Below are positions 58,379 through 64,000 of a stretch of 64,000 nucleotides of DNA, piece after piece. This stretch comes from Candidatus Eiseniibacteriota bacterium. Lineage in GTDB: Bacteria > Eisenbacteria > RBG-16-71-46. Made by a program: the position numbers and the translations under genes. The number at the start of each line of letters is the position of its first letter. Position 1 is the first letter of the stretch. The stretch spans positions 2,976,001 through 3,040,000 of the forward strand of contig OY970178.1 of NCBI GenBank assembly GCA_963707915.1, in the 5' to 3' direction. Below the pieces are notes generated by a model, which did no database searches, was not told the origin of the DNA, and worked only from the letters and a program-made list of their open reading frames with translations.

Positions 58379-60448
58379 ATGCCGAAACCCAGGACAAGGC
58401 AACTGTTCGAGCCGCGGATCGTCCGTCGCGCGGCGTGGGCGGCCGTACTCAAGCTCGACCCGCGGGTCCAGTTCCGCAATCCGGTGATGTTCGTCGCGTT
58501 CGTGACCGCGTTGCTGACCTCCGGCCTGGGGATCGAGGCGCTGCGGGGCCACGGCGAGGCGCCGGCGAGCTTCATCCTCGGCGTGTCCGCCTGGCTGTGG
58601 GCCACCGTGCTGTTCGCGAACTTCGCGGAGGCCCTGGCCGAGGGCCGGGGGCGGGCGCAGGCCGGGGCGTTGCGCCGGGCCCGCGGCGATCGCTACGCAC
58701 GGAAGCTCAACGATCCGGCCGAGCGCATGAACTTCTGGGCGGTCCCCGCCTACACGCTGCGCCGGGATGACTTCGTGGTGGTCACCGCCGGCGACGTCAT
58801 CCCTTGCGACGGCGAGGTGATCGACGGCGTGGCCTCCGTGGACGAGAGCGTCATCACCGGTGAGAGCGCGCCCGTCATCCGCGAACACGGGGGGGACCGC
58901 AACTCGGTCACCGGCGGCACGCGCATGCTCTCGGACTGGCTGGTGGTGCGCGTCACGGCCAATCCGGGTGAGACCTTCCTCGACCGCATGATCGCCATGG
59001 TGGAGGGCGCCCGTCGTCAGAAGACGCCGAACGAGATTGCCCTCAACATCCTGCTGGCCGCGCTGACCCTGATCTTCCTCCTCGCCACGGTGACGCTGCT
59101 CCCGCTCTCGGTCTTCAGCGTGCGGGTCGCGGGCGCGGGCGCGCCCATCACCGTCACGGCGCTCAGCGCCCTGCTCGTCTGCCTGATTCCGACGACCATC
59201 GGTGGGTTGCTGTCGGCGATCGGGATCGCCGGGATGGACCGGCTGACCCAGAACAACGTTGTGGCGCTGTCGGGGCGCGCGGTGGAGGCCGCAGGTGACG
59301 TGGACGTCCTGCTGCTCGACAAGACGGGGACCATCACGCTGGGCAACCGACAGGCCACGGAGCTGCTCCCCGCCGCCGGCGTGACGATCGAGCGGTTGGC
59401 GGACGCCGCACAACTTGCCTCGCTGTCCGACGAGACGCCCGAGGGTCGCAGCATCGTGGTGCTCGCCAAGGAGCGCTACGGCCTGCGCGAACGGGACCTC
59501 CAGGGGCTCGGCGCCGCATTCATCCCGTTCAGCGCGCGGACGCGCATGAGCGGCGTGAATCTCGGGCCGCGCAGGATCCGCAAGGGTGCCGTGGACGCCA
59601 TCGACGCGTTCGTGCGCGGGGAGGGCGGCACCTTCCCGGCCGAGGTCCGGGCGGGCGTCGAGGCCATCGCACGCGCGGGGGCCACGCCGCTGGTGGTGGC
59701 CGAGAACGGGAACGTCCTCGGCGTGATCGAGCTCCGGGACGTCGTCAAGGGCGGCATCCGCGAGCGCTTCGAGCACCTGCGGCGCATGGGGATCAAGACC
59801 ATCATGATCACCGGGGACCATCCGCTCACGGCCGCGGCCGTCGCCGCCGAGGCCGGAGTGGACGACTTCCTGGCCGAAGCCACACCGGAGGCCAAGCTCC
59901 GTCTGATCCGCGCGCAGCAGGCGGGCGGGCGGCTGGTGGCGATGACCGGCGATGGCACCAACGACGCCCCGGCCCTGGCCCAGGCCGATGTCGCCGTGGC
60001 GATGAACTCGGGCACCCAGGCGGCCAAGGAGGCCGGGAACATGGTGGACCTGGACTCCAACCCGACGAAGCTGCTGGAGATCGTCGAGACCGGCAAGCAG
60101 CTTCTCATCACGCGGGGCGCGCTCACGACGTTCAGTATCACGAACGACGTCGCCAAGTACTTCGCGATCCTCCCGGCGGCCTTCGCCACGACCTACCCTG
60201 CGCTGCGGGCGCTCAACATCATGCGGCTGACGACGCCGCAGAGCGCCATCCTGTCGGCGGTCATCTTCAACGCCCTGATCATCGTCGCGCTCATCCCGCT
60301 GGCGCTGCGCGGCGTGCGCTACCGCCCCGGCGGGGCGAAAGCCATGCTGCGGAACCATCTCTTCGTGTACGGGATCGGCGGTCTGGTGGCGCCGTTCCTC
60401 GGCATCAAGGTCATCGACCTGACCCTGGCCGCGCTCCACTGGACCTAG
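58379..60448 (+). CDS. kdpB: K+-transporting ATPase subunit B (copy 1)
   Basis: [43 protein letters not shown]. Confidence 0.96.
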   Translation: MPKPRTRQLFEPRIVRRAAWAAVLKLDPRVQFRNPVMFVAFVTALLTSGLGIEALRGHGEAPASFILGVSAWLWATVLFANFAEALAEGRGRAQAGALRRARGDRYARKLNDPAERMNFWAVPAYTLRRDDFVVVTAGDVIPCDGEVIDGVASVDESVITGESAPVIREHGGDRNSVTGGTRMLSDWLVVRVTANPGETFLDRMIAMVEGARRQKTPNEIALNILLAALTLIFLLATVTLLPLSVFSVRVAGAGAPITVTALSALLVCLIPTTIGGLLSAIGIAGMDRLTQNNVVALSGRAVEAAGDVDVLLLDKTGTITLGNRQATELLPAAGVTIERLADAAQLASLSDETPEGRSIVVLAKERYGLRERDLQGLGAAFIPFSARTRMSGVNLGPRRIRKGAVDAIDAFVRGEGGTFPAEVRAGVEAIARAGATPLVVAENGNVLGVIELRDVVKGGIRERFEHLRRMGIKTIMITGDHPLTAAAVAAEAGVDDFLAEATPEAKLRLIRAQQAGGRLVAMTGDGTNDAPALAQADVAVAMNSGTQAAKEAGNMVDLDSNPTKLLEIVETGKQLLITRGALTTFSITNDVAKYFAILPAAFATTYPALRALNIMRLTTPQSAILSAVIFNALIIVALIPLALRGVRYRPGGAKAMLRNHLFVYGIGGLVAPFLGIKVIDLTLAALHWT

Positions 60449-60524
60449 CCGGGCGGGCGCCCGTGGCGCACGGCTCGCCGTATGCGGCCCTCGCGATGGG
60501 GTCCTGGAAAAGGAGAACCAACCG

Positions 60525-60623
60525 ATGTTCGACCTCTTCTGTGTCGCCATCACGCTGCTGTTCTTCGCGGTAGCGGTGGCCTACGTGCGCGGTTGCGAAG
60601 CCCTCGAGCGGGAGGACGACTAG
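60525..60623 (+). CDS. Small single-TM peptide upstream of kdpF
   Basis: AAGGAG SD; MFDLFCVAITLLFFAVAVAYVRGCEALEREDD. Confidence 0.7.
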   Translation: MFDLFCVAITLLFFAVAVAYVRGCEALEREDD

Positions 60624-60624
60624 C

Positions 60625-60711
60625 ATGAGCGAGTACGCGTGGACGGGAATCGTGGTCCTCTTCCTGCTGGTCTATCTCACCTACGCGCTGCTGAAGCCGC
60701 AGAAGTTCTAG
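60625..60711 (+). CDS. kdpF: K+-transporting ATPase subunit F
   Basis: MSEYAWTGIVVLFLLVYLTYALLKPQKF; YL.YAL..P.KF motif; GGAGG SD. Confidence 0.9.
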   Translation: MSEYAWTGIVVLFLLVYLTYALLKPQKF

Positions 60712-60720
60712 GGGGAGGCC

Positions 60721-62581
60721 ATGACGACCAACGGGATCCTGCAGATGCTGGTGTTCTTCGGCCTGATCCTGCTTCTGACCAGGCCGCTGGGGACGTTCAT
60801 GGACCGCGTCTTCGCCGGGGAGCGCACGTTCCTCACGCCCGTGCTGGGGCCGGTCGAGCGGGTGTTCTACCGGCTCCTGGGCGTCCGCGAGGACCAGGAC
60901 ATGGCGTGGACCACCTACGCCTTCGCCCTGCTGGCGTTCAGCGCGGCTGGCGCGTTGCTCACCTACGCGCTGTTGCGCCTGCAGGGGTTCCTGCCCTGGA
61001 ACCCGCAGCACCTGGGCGGCGCGCAGATGCCACCGGACCTCGCCTTCAACACGGCGATGTCGTTCACCACGAACACGAACTGGCAGAACTACGTGCCGGA
61101 GACCGTGGTGAGCTACTTCTCCAACATGGTGGCCCTGGCCTCCCACAACTGGATGTCCGCGGCCGCCGGCATCGCGGTCGCGATCGCGATCGTGCGCGGC
61201 TTTGCCCGGCACTCGGCGAGCGGCCTGGGCAACTTCTGGGTGGACGTGACGCGGGCCACGCTCTACGTGCTGATGCCGATCAGCCTGGTGGCGGCGCTGG
61301 TGCTGGTCTGGCAGGGCGTGCCCCAGAACTTCTCCCCCCGCGCAGGTGGCCACCCTGGAGGGCGCGAAGCAGACCATCGCCCAGGGCCCGGTGGCCTCCC
61401 AGGAGGCCATCAAGATGCTGGGGACGAACGGCGGCGGCTTCTTCAACGCCAATTCCGCCCATCCCTACGAGAACCCGACCCCGCTCACCAACCTGCTGCA
61501 GATGCTGCTCATCTTCGTGATCCCGGCCGGACTCACCTATACGTTCGGCCGGATGGTGCGCAACACGCGGCAGGGCTGGGCCATCTTCGCCGCCATGACC
61601 TTCATGTTCGTCGGCGGGCTGGGCCTCTGCTACTGGGCCGAGTCGAACGGCAACCCGAACGTCACGAAGCTCGGCGTCCTGGCGCAGGCCACGGCCGGGC
61701 AGCCCGGCGGCAACATGGAGGGCAAGGAGACCCGGTTCGGCATCGCCAACTCCGCGCTGTTCGCCACGGTCACGACCGACGCCTCCTGCGGCGCCGTGAA
61801 CGCGATGCACGACAGCTTCACGCCGCTGGGCGGCATGGTGCCGCTCGTCAACATCATGTGCGACGAGACCATCTTCGGCGGCGTGGGCGCGGGGTTGTTC
61901 GGCATCCTCATGTACGCGGTGATCGCCGTGTTCATCGGCGGTCTCATGGTGGGGCGCACGCCGGAGTATGTCGGCAAGAAGATCGAGAAGTACGAGGTCC
62001 GGATGGCCATCGTGGCGGTGCTCATCCTGTTCGCGAACGTCGTGGTCTGGACGGCTCTGGGGACGAACCTGAACCTGCCGCCCGGCACCGCGCCGCGGAC
62101 CTTCACCGGCGCCCAGAAGGCCGACGAGGAGAAGCTGCTCGCCACGCGTCCGACGGCCTCCTGGAACAGCGTCAACGGGAGCAACCCGAGGCTCTACTAC
62201 GGGGCGACCTACAACAACGTCAACAACGCCGGAGCGCACGGCCTGACGGAGATCCTGTACCAGTACGCGTCACAGACCGGAAACAACGGATCCGCCTTCG
62301 CCGGCTTCACCGGGAACACCCCGTATTACAACGTCACGGGGGGCATCGCCATGCTCATCGGGCGCTTCCTCATGATCGTGCCGCTGCTGGCAATGGCGGG
62401 CAGCCTCGCCCGCAAGAAGCTCGTGCCAGCCTCGGCCGGCACCCTGGCCACGGACTCGGCCACCTTCGCGTTCCTGCTGGCCGCCGTCGTGCTGATCGTC
62501 GGCGCGCTCGAGTACTTCCCCGCTCTCGCGCTGGGTCCGATCGTGGAGCACTTCCAGATGACCGCGGGGAGCCTGTTCTAG
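60721..62581 (+). pseudogene. kdpA: K+-transporting ATPase subunit A with frameshift in a C6 run at 61334-61339; possibly an assembly error
   Basis: TNTNWQ.Y and GNFW.D in first frame; [36 protein letters not shown] in second frame. Confidence 0.9.
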
Positions 62582-62609
62582 GCCCCGCGGGAAAGGCGAA
62601 GAGGACCCC

Positions 62610-64000
62610 ATGATGACTGCCCAATCCCCGCGCATCCCGGCCGCGCCCGTGGTGGCGAACGAGACGACTGGCTACCGCCGGCCGAAGCACGCCCCCCGGA
62701 AGCTCTTCGATCCGCCGCTCGTCCGCAGGGCGCTCGTGGACGCGTTCTGGAAGCTCGACCCACGGCACATGGCGAGGAACCCGGTCATGTTCGTGGTCGA
62801 GGTCGGCAGCGTGCTCACCACGCTCCTGCTCCTGCGGGATGTGGCGACCGGCGGCCACGGCCTGCTCTTCAACTCCCAGATCACGGTGTGGCTGTGGTTC
62901 ACGGTCCTGTTCGCGAACTTCGCGGAGGCCATGGCGGAGGGACGCGGCAAGGCCCAGGCCGATGCGCTGCGCCGCACGAAGACGGAGACCGTGGCGCGGC
63001 GCCTTCCCGGAGGCCGCGCGGAGGAGACCCGCGAGGAGCGCGTCCCGGCCACCCAGTTGCGCAAGGGCGACCTCGTGGTGTGCGAGACGGGGGACTTCAT
63101 CCCCGGCGACGGGGACGTGATCCAGGGCATCGCCTCGGTCGACGAGTCGGCCATCACGGGCGAGAGCGCGCCGGTCATCCGCGAGGGCGGCGACCGGAGC
63201 GCCGTCACGGGGGGCACCCGCGTGCTCTCCGACCGCATCGTGGTGCGCATCACCGCCAACCCCGGGGAAGCGTTCCTCGACCGGATGATCTCCCTGGTCG
63301 AGGGTGCGAAGCGGCAGAAGACCCCCAACGAGATCGCGCTCACGATCCTGCTGGCCGGGACCACGATCATCTTCCTGCTGGCCGTCGCGGCGCTCGTGCC
63401 CCTGGCGGCCTTCAGCGTGCGCGCGGCCGGGGCTGGCTCGCTGCCGTCCATCTTCCTGCTCTTCGCACTGCTCGTGTGCCTCATCCCCACGACGATCGGC
63501 GGGTTGCTGTCGGCCATCGGCATCGCCGGGATGGACCGGGTCATGCAGCACAACGTCCTGGCCATGTCGGGCAAGGCGGTCGAGGCGGCCGGCGACGTGA
63601 ACACCCTGCTCCTCGACAAGACCGGCACCATCACGCTGGGCAACCGCCAGGCGGTGGAGTTCGTCCCGCTCCCCGGCGTCGGGATCAACGAACTCGCGGA
63701 TGCCGCCCAGTTGTCGTCGCTGGCCGATGAGACGCCGGAGGGACGCAGCATCGTGGTCCTCGCCAAGGAGAAGTACGGCCTGCGGGGACGGGAACTCCAC
63801 GACCAGGACGCGCGGTTCATCCCCTTCACGGCCCAGACCCGGATGAGCGGCGTCGACCTGGGCGGGAGCCAGATCCGCAAGGGGGCGGCGGAATCCGTCA
63901 AGCAACACGTCGCCCGGCAGGGCGGGCACCTCCCGCCGGACCTCGACGAGATCGTCACGCGTATCTCCCGGGTGGGGGGCACGCCGCTCGTGGTCGCGGT
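62610..64000 (+). CDS. kdpB: K+-transporting ATPase subunit B (copy 2), truncated by window end
   Basis: Hand translation from ATG 62610: KLDPR...[46 protein letters not shown]. Confidence 0.93.
   Translation, partial: MMTAQSPRIPAAPVVANETTGYRRPKHAPRKLFDPPLVRRALVDAFWKLDPRHMARNPVMFVVEVGSVLTTLLLLRDVATGGHGLLFNSQITVWLWFTVLFANFAEAMAEGRGKAQADALRRTKTETVARRLPGGRAEETREERVPATQLRKGDLVVCETGDFIPGDGDVIQGIASVDESAITGESAPVIREGGDRSAVTGGTRVLSDRIVVRITANPGEAFLDRMISLVEGAKRQKTPNEIALTILLAGTTIIFLLAVAALVPLAAFSVRAAGAGSLPSIFLLFALLVCLIPTTIGGLLSAIGIAGMDRVMQHNVLAMSGKAVEAAGDVNTLLLDKTGTITLGNRQAVEFVPLPGVGINELADAAQLSSLADETPEGRSIVVLAKEKYGLRGRELHDQDARFIPFTAQTRMSGVDLGGSQIRKGAAESVKQHVARQGGHLPPDLDEIVTRISRVGGTPLVVA

Overview
A high-GC bacterial chromosomal segment with no integrase, transposase, prophage or CRISPR array visible. 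The secreted-protein repertoire (C-terminal TWGxxKxLYR tails, a C25/gingipain-like protein with FlgD-like C-terminus, dockerin-like repeats) suggests an FCB-related candidate lineage such as Ca. Eisenbacteria; that assignment is an inference. Housekeeping content: pyk, tRNA-Pro/Arg/His, ssb plus tmRNA (tag ANEQLAFAA), a multi-PAS hybrid kinase, a yggS-yggT-yggU-PNP-dksA-lspA-rluD-rsbW-ruvX-mltG run, a sigma54-preceded minor pilin cluster, larE and tRNA-Val. An envelope block (19-40 kb) holds paralogous Cys-rich secreted proteins, two SurA/PrsA-like chaperones, an RND pair, a TMTC-like GT-C/TPR protein, a PorU-like C25 protein, a HEAT-cyclophilin and a comEA-like gene behind an RGPP-bearing upstream ORF. 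A BMP-family nucleoside ABC operon is split by an mprF plus group 3b [NiFe]-hydrogenase block. The window ends with tdk and a kdp locus carrying two kdpB genes. Best novelty candidates: a TWGxxKxLYR sorting system with nearby processing machinery, enrichment of D-S/T glycosylation-like sequons in exported proteins, the RGPP arrest-like ORF, and a hydrogenase protease gene that follows the large-subunit amber stop in frame with no canonical start. Two single-base frameshifts (ABC ATPase, kdpA) may be assembly errors.
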